A stretch of DNA of 63,318 bases, counting the filler, from Octopus bimaculoides (taxonomy: Eukaryota), in NCBI RefSeq assembly GCF_001194135.2. It is 8 parts of 8 records of this genome, joined end to end, with 100 filler letters (N's around TTAATTAATTAA, not from the genome) between each part and the next. Parts side by side here need not be neighbours in the genome. Positions count along the whole stretch, not along the records: positions 1 to 21,651 come from NC_069006.1; positions 21,752 to 26,676 come from NC_069000.1; 6 more parts are not named here. One strand, written 5' to 3'. Numbering within the stretch: the stretch's first letter is position 1; each line of letters opens with the position of its first letter. The notes under the pieces were generated by a model. It was not told where the DNA came from. It ran no database searches and saw only the letters and a program-made list of their open reading frames with translations. A program made the translations under genes and the position numbers. Below are positions 10,984 to 22,199 of this stretch, piece by piece.

Positions 10984-11207
10984 CTTGAGAGATCCTTCAA
11001 CTCAGGCTAGAAAAGAAGTATTTAAAAAAAAAAACATAAAATGTGTAACAAATAACGAGTTATATTTTACAGAATTCATAAGGGAGATGTAAAAGTAACT
11101 GAGTCATTCAGAATACAAAAACGGTACCAGTTTCTTAGTCCTGATGGAACTTTCACTCAAAAATGTAACTGTAGGGCATTCTACTGCTTCTGTCACTTCA
11201 TCACACT

Positions 11208-11426
11208 CTCTTTACTCTCTTTTTACTTGTTTCAGTCATTTGACTGCGGCCATGCTGGAGCAATGCCTTTAGTCAAGCAAATCGACTCCAGGACTTATTC
11301 TTTGTAAGCCTAGTACTTATTCTATCAGGTCTTTTTTGCTGAACCGCTAATAAGTTACGGGGACCTAAACACACCAGCATCGGTTGTCAAGCGATGCTGG
11401 GGGGACAAACACAGACACAAACATAT

Positions 11427-11462
<36 letters not shown>

Positions 11463-11634
11463 ATATATACGACGGGCTTCTTTCAGTTTCCGTCTACCAA
11501 ATCCACTCACAAGGCTTTGGTCGGCACGAGGCTATAGTAGAAGACACTTGCCCAAGGTGCCACGCAGTGGGACTGAACCCGGAACCATGTGGTTGGTAAG
11601 CAAGTTACTTACCACACAGCCACTCCTATGCCTA
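11208..11634 (-). mobile_element. Full-length SINE family C
   Basis: tRNA-like head at the right end, internal (CA)/(TA) tract, and (CTTTTA) tail at the left. Confidence 0.9.
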
Positions 11635-12394
11635 TAAAACATTATTAAAAGTTGAAAAGACAGAGAGATTTATGCAAAGTGAGATAAACACTTGAAGTTT
11701 GTAGGAAGTATTCCAAACTATATAAGGTACAGAATATTTTCTATGTCCTTTAAACAGCTCCAAAACACTGCCACCATCAAAATAAAAATAAAAATAGAAG
11801 AGTAGGAGATGAAGTGAAACAAGAAATCAGATAAAGGCAGAAGAGACAAATGCTGCTAATACTTGGAATTTATCAAAAGCATCTAAGAAGAAAAGGGGTC
11901 AATACAATGTTATTACATGGTCTACCTTGGAAAGATCCCACTTATACAATAATAGTTAAAAATGGTGCAATTTATGTTCGACAGAGAAATATCACATGAT
12001 AAACTACTCGGACAAATAAGGAAAAGAAAGACAGAGCTAATGTTGTCAGGCAGATACAGAAGGAAATGTTTGCTTTCTCTTTTTGGAGTAGCACCAATGT
12101 GACACAAAATGTGAAACACAGCCACATTTTTTTCTTCAACAGCTTCATGGATCATTGAGTTTAGATAATATATATCAACACTTAACTTTCTGTAGGACAC
12201 AATACCGCATGGGACTGCATCAATCAGACATTTCTGAAATGCAGGATACCTTACAAATTGTTGTATCTTGTTTACTTTGAAGGAAGGAACCTTCTAAGGA
12301 GAAAATCTCTTCCTTTGTCATTCATTTCTAATGGAATCATTATAGGACTGAGCTTTACAGATCAAACATTTTCAACAGAGTGTTAACAGCTAAT

Positions 12395-12570
12395 ATCATC
12401 ATCATTTAATGTCCACGTTCCATGCTGGCATGGGTTGGACAGTTTGACAGGATCCAATAGGTCCAAGGACTGCATCATGTTCCAGTGTCTGCTTTGAATG
12501 GTTTCAAAAGTTGGATGTCCTTCTTAAAACCAACCACTTTACAGTGAGTACTGGGTGCTTTTTTTCATGC
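12395..12570 (-). mobile_element. Family B copy
   Basis: CATCATCATTTAATGTCCACGTTCCATGCTGGCATGGGTTGGAC... Confidence 0.8.
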
Positions 12571-13079
12571 CACCAACATTAGTGAGGTTGCAATGCAGAA
12601 CTTGAGACTACAAAACCTATGCAGAGGGAGTATTATGTGTGCAGATGAAGAGATAAGATATGAAAGAAGGGAAGGAAGGAGGGACAAGCAGGTTTCTGTA
12701 GAGAAGTTACCCCTTTAGAAGAAAGAACATTCGACACCATACATAAAAGAAAGCATGGAGTTACATGTGTTGTTTGCTAACGATTCCCTGTCAACAAATT
12801 ATCCACTAGCTGTGCACTTTGGAAGAGAAATGCAAAGGAAAATCCCTGACTTGAAAAACAGGTAAGGGTTAGTGACAAAAAGGGCATCTGGCTTGTAAAA
12901 CAACACCCCATTAGTGTAGCTGTCTGACTCCTACAAACAAGGAAAATATGCCTAAAATGAACAAATGAAATGAAGAAAAAAAAAACTACTTTTTATAGCG
13001 AGTGTTTGGGCTAAATCTGAAATGCAGAAAAGAGTAGGTAGGGATACAAAAAGGGTGTAGCGGAATCACAGGCAGGATA

Positions 13080-13175
13080 AGAGCATCCAACCATAGAGCT
13101 AATATTGGACCAGGTGAAATCTTGTCAAACCATCCAACCCATGCCAGCATGGAAAGGAGGACGTTAAATGATGAT
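13080..13175 (+). mobile_element. Short family B 3' fragment
   Basis: CCAACCCATGCCAGCATGGAAAGGAGGACGTTAAATGATGAT. Confidence 0.75.
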
Positions 13176-13720
13176 ATATGCAAATACGCATATATGCATA
13201 TGTGCATACATATCTGTATGCACATACACACACATATATATATATACATACACACACAATGTTTATGATATACATATATATATATTTTACACACACACAC
13301 ATTAATGTATTTATATATATATATATATATATACGCGCGCGTGCACACACGTCTTACGTCTGCTTTACATACTGACAAGGGTTGGGATGAGTATTCATAG
13401 GTCCAAGTCAGTACTTTCGAGGAGTCACTGCTTTCATAGATTGAAGCCTTTGTAATGGCTCGATGCCCTTCCTATNNNNNNNNNNNNNNNNNNNNNNNNN
13501 NNNNNNNNNNNNNNNNNNNNNNNNNNNNNNNNNNNNNNNNNNNNNNNNNNNNNNNNNNNNNNNNNNNNNNNNNNNNNNNNNNNNNNNNNNNNNNNNNNNN
13601 NNNNNNNNNNNNNNNNNNNNNNNNNNNNNNNNNNNNNNNNNNNNNNNNNNGCAGAAAGAAAGGACTAAAGCAACGTCACAACCCTACTTTAATTCTGCTC
13701 GTTCACCAGACACTCTAGAG

Positions 13721-13975
13721 TAGGGGTTTTCAAACTTTTTGACTTGCGGACCCCTTTATATTTCAGGCTTTACCTTAGGGATCCCCTTATAAACGCTTAT
13801 GAAATTTATACATAAATATTTGCTTAAAATAACATATATTTTTACATTTATTTATCTAACAGTATTTAACAAATAGGTTTATTGTCAATTAAAAGATTTC
13901 GATTAAAAAACATATAAAATCAAATTGCCCATAAGAAGTATTTGCTGTCCGCGGACCACAGTTTGAAAACCCCTG
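13721..13975. mobile_element. hAT/Charlie MITE with 8-bp TSD
   Basis: TIRs TAGGGGTTTTCAAACT / AGTTTGAAAACCCCTG. TSD CTCTAGAG at 13713-13720 and 13976-13983. Confidence 0.93.
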
Positions 13976-14388
13976 CTCTAGAGAATATGTCGGTGGATAA
14001 CCTTTCGCCAAAGGATGGGTTGTCTTGTACACTAAGTGCAGAGGGTATTCAGTACCCTGAGAAAGTGTACTTTCGCTCAGGTAATAGGAAAGCGATGATA
14101 GAAAAAAAAAGAGTGGGGCAGTGTGAAAGGAGCAAAGGTTTGATGTTAGAGAGTTATTGGGACAAAGACTGAGAGAAGAATGAGATACATATATATATAA
14201 AAATGTGTTTATTATGGTAGTTTGACCTTAGAGTCCCTCATAGCGTGAGGCATTCTTGTATAGTAATGCCCTTATATAAATATATATATATATAAAAAAT
14301 ATATAGTTTTAGGGAAAAGAACCAAGGTTTATGAACTCATCGATGAAAATCCAGTCACATATATACAGATATATATATACAGATATTT

Positions 14389-14438
<50 letters not shown>

Positions 14439-14559
14439 TATAGAGAGGGGAAAGATGTGTGTATATACGTGTGTGTGTGTGTGTGTGTGTGTATTCAAAG
14501 AAACAAGTAATGTTCCATTGTTGTTCATGTGTCACAATAAAAACCACATACATGCACAT

Positions 14560-15260
14560 ATTTACTCAAATATAAGTATTAAACAGTGATTATAAACGGA
14601 ATATCAAGATGTTGGTGTGTTTGCCAGCAATATCAGTTAATTGTGGCCGCAAGTGAGGTTAAAAAATAATTACAATAGTAATAAATGTGTAAATATATTT
14701 GTAAAGCGGAGAGGAAGTCGTTATTCGGGTGTTTCAGGATTTTTCGAAGGATATTAGCTGAATACAAACGAAATTTCGGTCACATAATGATTAATGATTA
14801 ACAGATTTGAGTTACTGAAAGAAAATAAATCATAATTACCGACACATTTAGAAGAGAAGGGATAACTGATAAATTTGTGATTTCATGTGTTGTTTTGTGT
14901 TGAGTGATGAAAGGAGTTTGTTCAGTGATGAATTAATCAAACTCATTAATCCATTCATTCATTCATTAATCTCCAATATGGGTTGGTCACAAATAAACAC
15001 CACAATTAACAACAACAATAACAGCAGCAGAAGAAGAAGAAGAACAGAAGAAGGAGAAGAGGAACGGCAAAAAACACTTTTTTCCTGATTATTTGTTGTT
15101 GATTTGTTGTTGTTTTGTTGTTGTTGTCTGTAATGGCGGTAGGAGGAGGAGGAGGAGGTAACGGTGGTGGGTATAGAATTATTGACCAATGAAATCTGCG
15201 AATCATCATAAATGCTGAATACTGAGAATAAGATAATATAAGGAAAACGGAAGACGAAAT
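14560..15260. promoter_or_regulatory. Putative bidirectional promoter / first-exon region
   Basis: Repeat-free island with more CpG than its flanks. It carries an ETS-like GGAAGT, a YY1-like ATGGCGG at 15133, and candidate donors on both strands (minus gtaaat at 14565 and gtaatt near 14840; plus gtaacg at 15158). Confidence 0.45.
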
Positions 15261-15282
15261 GTTGTGGCGGTGATTCGGTTGG

Positions 15283-15553
15283 AATGATAGATTGTAGGAA
15301 TAATAGATTATAGAAATAATAGATTGTAGGAATAGTAGATTATAGAAATAATAGATTGTAGGAATAATAGAGTATAGAAATAATAGATTGTAGGAATAAT
15401 AGATTATAGAAATAATAGATTGTAGGAATAATAGATTGTAGGAATAATAAATTATAGAAATAATAGATTGTAGGAATAATAAATTGTAGGAATAATAAAT
15501 TATAGTAATAATAGATTGTAGGAATAATAGATTATAGAAATAATAGATTGTAG
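15283..15553. repeat. 16-bp minisatellite (AATAATAGATTGTAGG alternating with AATAATAGATTATAGA), ~17 units
   Basis: Directly visible tandem array. Confidence 0.9.
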
Positions 15554-15700
15554 GGGTTTAGTTGTGTGGGTTAGTATCGGTTAGTTTTGTTTAATAAAAT
15601 TGTAAGGGTTATTATAGATTATATTAATGTTAGTATTATTGTAAGTGTATATTATAATATATATATTCTACTAACATTAATATTGGTGTAATGTTACATT

Positions 15701-16019
15701 GGAGGCGCAATGGCCCAGTGGTTAGGGCAGCGGACTCGCGATCGTAAAATCGCGGTTTCGATTCCCAGACCGGCCTTTGTGAGTGTTTATTGAGCGAAAA
15801 CATCTAAAGCTCCACGAGGCTCTGGCAGGGGATGGTAGCAACCCTGCTGTACTCTTTCACCACAACTTTCTCTCACTCTTACTGTTGTGCCTGTAATTCA
15901 AAGGGTCAGTCTTGTCACACTGTCACGCTGAATATCCCCGAGAACTACGTTAAGGGTACACGTGTCTGTGGAGTGCTCAGCCACTTGCACGTTAATTTCA
16001 CGAGCAGGCTGTTCCGTTG
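15701..16019 (+). mobile_element. SINE family A, 3'-truncated
   Basis: Closely similar to the corresponding part of 2569-2959. Confidence 0.9.
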
Positions 16020-16139
16020 CTAGAGGACAGTTATGTGTGAGGGGAAGGGGGTTATGACCATAAAGGACATACCTGTATGTATGGATGGCCATGATTTTGC
16101 TTAGCTTGATGTGTTTTCTCAAGCACAGCAAATCACCAG

Positions 16140-17140
16140 ATGCCTCAGACCCTTGTCATCGCCTCAGTGAGGTTCAATATATGAAGATCCTTTCTCAACA
16201 GTTCATCCCACATCTTCCTGAGTTTACCTCCTTCTACAGGTTCCTTCCACAATTAGAGATCGGCACTTGTTTATATAGCTGCCCTCATCCATACGCATCA
16301 CATGATCATGCCAGTGTAATCTTCTGTCTTGTATGCAACATCTGATGGCTCTTGTGCCCAATTTTTCTCTTAAATCATTTACATTCTGTCATATGTGCAC
16401 ATTGACGTTGAGGACTTGACGGTTGATCAGGCAGACAAAGCGACATCTATGTCTCTCAATGGCTGTGACAGCGGAAGAAGGCTATGCCAAGCGGGCTGGC
16501 TACAACAAGGCATGGCCTAAAAGAACTGATCCATGGCAGCTCGCTGCAACTCACAGGTCAAAGTCAGTATATCTCCTCCACGGTGCCACTGATGACATCC
16601 TCTGAGCCAAGTGAGTGGGCTTTCGCCTGGCAAGTGGCGGTCCACCTTAAACAAAATCACGCCATGGCATCCAGTGTGATCAAATGGAACCCTCGATGTT
16701 GTAAGCGATGGAGTGCCAACAGCACATTGACATTACACATCCAGGAAAGCATGCTGGCTTCATTTCTTTCAAGCCTTTGCATGTCCTCTGTAGTCAAAGC
16801 CCATGTTTCACTGCCATGTAGCATAGCTGTACATACACACACATCATACAATGTCTTTCACTTTAAGGCAGAAGCCCTTTGTTACCAACAAAGTCCTAGC
16901 TCTCTGAACTTTGCCCAGCCTATTCGTATTCTAGCAACTACGCTTTTAGAACTTTCTCCTCCACTGCTAACTTGGTTGCCTGGGTAATGGAGGCTATCTA
17001 CTACTTCTTAGGAACCCCACCACTAGACATTTGAGGGAGCTTATTTTTTGCACATTCCTAATGTTTATTGCACCTGCACCTCTGCTACTGTTACCCTTCC
17101 TGTGATACTACTGCACCTCTTATGGGATATATAAGAGGTG
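16140..17140 (-). mobile_element. Decayed RTE LINE (RT C-terminal part), interrupted at 16407-16721
   Basis: TAMLHGSETWALTTEDMQRLERNEASML; homologous to 41600-42100. Confidence 0.85.
16407..16721 (+). mobile_element. 5'-truncated retroposon with 10-bp TSD sharing the SINE A tail
   Basis: TSD GCACATTGAC at 16397-16406 and 16722-16731. The 3' end TGGAACCCTCGATGTTGTAAGCGATGGAGTGCCAACA matches the SINE A tail. Confidence 0.8.
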
Positions 17141-17179
17141 TAGTGGGATTGATATTAAACAAATAAATACTTTATAGCG

Positions 17180-17460
17180 TAATTACAAACATAATATAGG
17201 GATCAACAAAAGTTGCTTCATCAACATACTGAAAATTTAGAAATAGCAGTTAAAAAACTACTAATTCTAACTACAATTAAGTTTCCAACGGATAGCAATA
17301 TTCATGGCTCACATAGAACAAAAGAGGAAAAATAAACAGAATATCGCTATCCGTTGGAGACTTAATTGTAGTTAGAATTAGTAATTTTAACTGCTATTTC
17401 TAAATTTTTGGTATGTTGGTAAAGCAACTTTTGTTGATCCCTATATTATGTTTATAATTA
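17180..17460. mobile_element. Fold-back element / MITE with ~122-bp arms and 35-nt spacer
   Basis: 17180-17303 is an imperfect reverse complement of 17339-17460. Confidence 0.85.
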
Positions 17461-18893
17461 TAATTGTTTTACCGATAAAGGTTTTTTGCATACTGAACTA
17501 CTTGGCAAAATTGTTAATTATTAATTTATTAATTAATTGACAATTCCCTGCCCTATATCTATATACTTTATAGCTTATCCCTTTTTTGGCTTAGATGGGG
17601 AAAACTTACAAACTCAGTTCTAACAGCAATATTCATAACTGATGAGGGGGGCGGGTTCCTGTATTCTATATTTACATAATTGAATGTGTCCTCACTTTTT
17701 GAAGGCAGTCATGATGTGATTTGTGAGATGTATAACTGGCAAAATGATTCCTCACTGGCCTGTAAACAAGGTCAAATAAATTTGGCAACAGCATGCATAG
17801 GTTTTGTACCAAGCAAAATTTGTTTTAATGCAACCACTTTAATACAGCTTAACCTTAAAAAAATAGATTATTCAATTCAGAAATTGACGACAAATATGAA
17901 AATTCTTGACAAAGTTTTCACGTTGTCTTTAATGGTTTACATAATGACCAGAATAGAGTCTGTGAGGGTAGAAATTCAAGAGACCATCTCTGACTACTTA
18001 CAGAGATCAAAGCAGTGATATTTGTCATCCTTTTCCATCCAGAAGCTACCCCTTTTGTGAAAATGACAAGAATAGTTTTATTCCATTTCCTCTAAAAGTG
18101 GACTTCTGTCCAGCCTGGATCCCCACACCACTAACCAACTCCTACCAATGCTCAAATCACAAGTTTTATTCCTCTGTAAGACTCAAGTATTCCATCCTCT
18201 ATGCACAATCTTAATGCAAATATTTTGTCTGTACATATTTAGAATGTACCTCTCTGAATCTTAGCAACAAAGGCTTCCAGTTTTCACTCAAATTTTCTTT
18301 ACTCTTTTTCCCCTCCATTCATTCATTTGTTGTTGTTGTTGTTGATGGCGACGACGACGATGATTCTTTCTGAATCGAGGGTTTCTTAGGTTTGATTAAG
18401 GAAAAGTTTTGCCCTCCAAATTCACATGATATCTTTCGAATACCATGTTAACAACTGCAGAAATTTAATAAATTCTGACAAATAATTAAATTTTAGATTA
18501 TATATATATACAGTCAAGAACTTACAAAAGTCAAACCATTCTACAGCTTAAACTATAATATTTGGGTTTGGCAGAACAATTCACTAGGGCTACTTTATTT
18601 TACTTGAAGTCATTCCTTGCAATCCCGGCAGATTTGTCATCACAAAAAATCAAAAGTTAACAAAAAAAAAAAAAAANNNNNNNNNNAAAAAAAAAAAAAA
18701 AAAAGGAGAAAAGAAAAGAGGCCCTTTGTTACCAACAGTGCTGTGGTTCAAAGGAATATTTGATTCCAACTTAAGAAGACAATAATTTATTAGAACATGA
18801 TGATATGCTGACTTCATAAAACATGTAATCCAAAAATAGCAATGCAAAAACGAAAATGTCTCTGATTATATTAAATAACATTTCATTTTTTAG

Positions 18894-19021
18894 ATGCTAG
18901 CTCAATGTGAATGAAATATGGTGGTGTCTTGAAGAAAAATGTTCATGAACAAATAATGATTTTCAGAACTGATAACATGAAAAGAGTTTCTTCCGAGCTA
19001 GAGTTCTTCTCTTGTTCTTTG
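18894..19021 (+). ncRNA. Spliced non-coding or 5'UTR exon of a plus-strand transcript divergent to PHC
   Basis: Acceptor catttcattttttag and donor gtaagt. All three frames are closed near the 5' end. A late ATG at 18977 gives MKRVSSELEFFSCSL up to the donor. Confidence 0.55.
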
Positions 19022-19729
19022 GTAAGTGTCAACAACTCGACGGCCTTGTAGTAAAATGTGGTGAGGTAATGATTTGATGAGAGATTGAACCTTTAAAAGA
19101 AAGATAGAAAAAAGAAACAAATTAATAGAGTGGATTGTTAATTATAGAGTGGAATATAATTTACATTTTTTATGTTCCCCTCTCTGTTGTGTTTGATCTG
19201 TGTATCTCATGTGTAGCATATTTAATTTTATCTCTTATCTTTTACTTGTTTCAATCATTAGATTGTGGCCAAGCTGGAGCACTGTCTTGACCCATTCTTA
19301 GCAAAAAAGCATTTAGCTCAGCACACAACCATTACTATAACTTTTACTGCCCTCTTGACTTCACTTAAAAAAATATAAAATATAGATGATAACAAACCTG
19401 TTTTTTTATTGAAAGTCTTCCAAAATTGTCTGGTAGGGTATGTTTGTGTAAATTACCAACTTTAATAATCTCTTCCATAATAGCCAAATAGTTCATGGAG
19501 TTCATTATTTGACTAGAAATAGCAAGAGTTTCTTCTGAATTATAAGCCTGAAATCCATGAAAATGAAGTATATTAGAATAATACAATGGAGAGGAGAAAC
19601 AGCAGACACTTCAAGAAGAGCCATATTTCCAGTTGCAGCTCTATAACACTTAGCAGTGTTTCTTTAATTTGCAGTCCTGATTAAATGTCAAAATGTTTGA
19701 AATAAGAATACAATATTTCAGATTAGTAC

Positions 19730-19774
<45 letters not shown>

Positions 19775-19775
<1 letters not shown>

Positions 19776-20310
19776 GAATAAGAGAGCAGTGCATGCCATC
19801 AAAGTGACACTGGGGTAAAATATACGAAACCCAGTATACCCATCATGACTACCTGTCTGATAAGAGTAGACCAGGCACATGCATCACAACCATATGTGTG
19901 CAACATGGTGATGTCATATCAAGATAAACAACGCATGACTTTGCAGGTGGGGGCCCATTTAGAATTTTCTTCAGGTCGAGTAGTCCATACCACTCAAATG
20001 GTCCTTGAATAAGGGTTGTTTAAGGATGTTGAATGAAACACCTGTGATTTTATTCAAACTCCAAAGAATTCCTCTCAACACATGGCTATGATGCTCCCCC
20101 ACTACTTCTGCTTTTGAGCAGAGATGCACATATTGTCAGCTACCAAGGGACATGCTCAACTGGTTAACGTCAAGCAACTGACAAGCAAATCTGTGGTGCT
20201 GTTGTCCATCTTATACCAAGACAAAACATTGTACATGATAACACTTCCAATCAGTTAAGATCAGAAACCATGAGAGCCATTGCCTGGTACTGCACCAGGG
20301 CATTTATTAT
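19775..20310 (-). mobile_element. Interspersed repeat family D with (AAT)n tail
   Basis: Second copy at 43660-44100 and a short fragment near 20350. Confidence 0.8.
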
Positions 20311-20409
20311 TATTATTATTATTATTATTATCATCATTATTATTATGATTGAGTGAGAGAGCAGTGCATGCCATCAAAGAGACATTGGTGTACAAATGTA
20401 CAAAGCTCA

Positions 20410-20565
20410 ATCATCATCATCGTTTAACGTCCGCCTTCCATGCTAGCATGGGTTGGACGATTTGACTGAGGACTGGTGAAACCAGATGGCAACACCAGGC
20501 TCCAATCTAATTTGGCAGAGTTTCTACAGCTGGATGCCCTTCCTAACACCAACCACTCAGAGAGT
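20410..20565 (-). mobile_element. Family B copy
   Basis: Near identical to 850-1000. Confidence 0.85.
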
Positions 20566-21409
20566 ATACCCAAAATTTTAGGCCTTGTACCTAGAGTAGA
20601 AAGGAATATTTCAAATCATTAGTCTCATCATTACAGATGAGAATATTTTGATATTTGCATTTACATTCAAAGGTAGCTGGATATGGTTACTTGGAATGGG
20701 GTTTTTTTTTATGGTGGTCAGGTTAGCAACATTTGAATGCTAAAGGGATAAAATATCACAAAATACTAAGTCTACTATACACACCTGATGATACCAGCCG
20801 GTCGGAATTATTAGAAGTTCACCTGATTTTTGCTCAAAATCAATGGATCTAGTCATTTGGAACATTGGATATTTCAAAAGGTTAGGAGTAAAAGCATCAA
20901 CTTTGCTAGAATAAAAAAAGAAAACAGAGCATAAAAAAGAAAAAAAAAGAATAATCAGTTGTCAATATTCTATATCAGTTTGGCCTGGTACCTTTAGTAG
21001 AAAGTGGTACTATATCAGTGGTACTCAACCATTTTCTTTACCTTTGGCCTCCACTATTGATTCCTATTTTAGGATCCCAATATCTATTCAAGATAAAAAA
21101 AAATCCTATTATATTTTTATAATTGAATATTATTAGGAATCGTATTTTTAAAAATTGTGTATTTTAGAAACATAATCAAGGACTCCCTAATGGTCAAATG
21201 GACCCCTACAAAGAGGAGAGTGCTTGGAGAGAATATGAAAAGAGAATCAGAAAGGGTGAGAGTAAGAGGTGATTGCAGTGAATGATGAACAAGGATGAAG
21301 ATGGGGGGTGGTCAATGGTAAATATCAATAGGGAGAGTGGACTGAAATATAGAGGAGTGGCAGATCAGAGAGGAGGAGGAGGAGGAGAAGGAGCGGGTAA
21401 TAAGTGGTA

Positions 21410-21612
21410 ACATAGGAAGTGCCGCCTTGGCTGGCTTCCGTGCTGGCGACACATAAAAAGCACCCACAACACTCTCTGAGTGGTTGGCGTTTGGAAGGGC
21501 ATCCAGCTGTAGAAGCACTGCCAGATCAGACTGGAGCCTGGTGCGGCCTCCTGGCTTCCCAGACCCCAGTTGAACCGTCCAACCCATGATGATGATGATG
21601 ATGATGATGATA
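21410..21612 (+). mobile_element. Family B copy
   Basis: AAAAGCACCCACAACACTCTCTGAGTGGTTGGCG...(GAT)n. Confidence 0.85.
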
Positions 21613-21651
21613 GGAAGGGCGGAGAGCAGCTGTATAATAAAACTGGACATG

Positions 21652-21751
21652 NNNNNNNNNNNNNNNNNNNNNNNNNNNNNNNNNNNNNNNNNNNNTTAAT
21701 TAATTAANNNNNNNNNNNNNNNNNNNNNNNNNNNNNNNNNNNNNNNNNNNN
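21652..21751. other. Artificial contig-join spacer N44-TTAATTAATTAA-N44 (TTAATTAATTAA also starts at 26721, 45240, 48470, 50824, 59972 and 61997)
   Basis: Identical 100-nt layout seven times, with stop codons in all six frames. Confidence 0.95.
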
Positions 21752-21781
<30 letters not shown>

Positions 21782-21784
<3 letters not shown>

Positions 21785-21990
21785 GGAGAATTCACAAAAA
21801 AAACAAAAGATGAAGACAGGTGGTGTAGAAAACAAACAGATGTATTAGTATAACGCTCAGGAATTGAAAAAGTCTTTAACGTTTCAAGCCTACGCTCTTC
21901 CACAAAAAGGAACACAGAAAGAAACAAGGAGAGAAACAAAGAGACAAAAAAATGTGTGTGATGGTGTAGTGGCTAGAGATCTATCATGGC
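21782..21990 (-). mobile_element. PLE pseudo-LTR (same family as 5813-6006) with a degenerate hammerhead at 21874-21909
   Basis: Minus strand reads CTTT TTGTGGA A GAGC gtag GCTT GAAA CG TT AAAG. Confidence 0.7.
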
Positions 21991-22199
21991 GAATGCAGAA
22001 CAGAAGGGTCACACAGGAGAGCTAAGAAGAAGGGGAGATAACAAAGTAGTAGTAGTGATCCCAAAACGAAGGTGCGTTTGTAAGAGAGTATGTGTGTGCA
22101 TGGTGGTGTGTTGTGATGTGATGTGTTGTGTGGTATGGTGTAGTGTGGTGTCATGGTGTTGGGAATATGCATATATATATATATATATATATATAAACA

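Noticed and set aside
21696-21707. Recurrent TTAATTAATTAA palindrome (7 copies)
   Set aside because: Always centred in exactly 44+44 Ns, so it is an assembly spacer and not biology. Adjacency across these joins is also uncertain.
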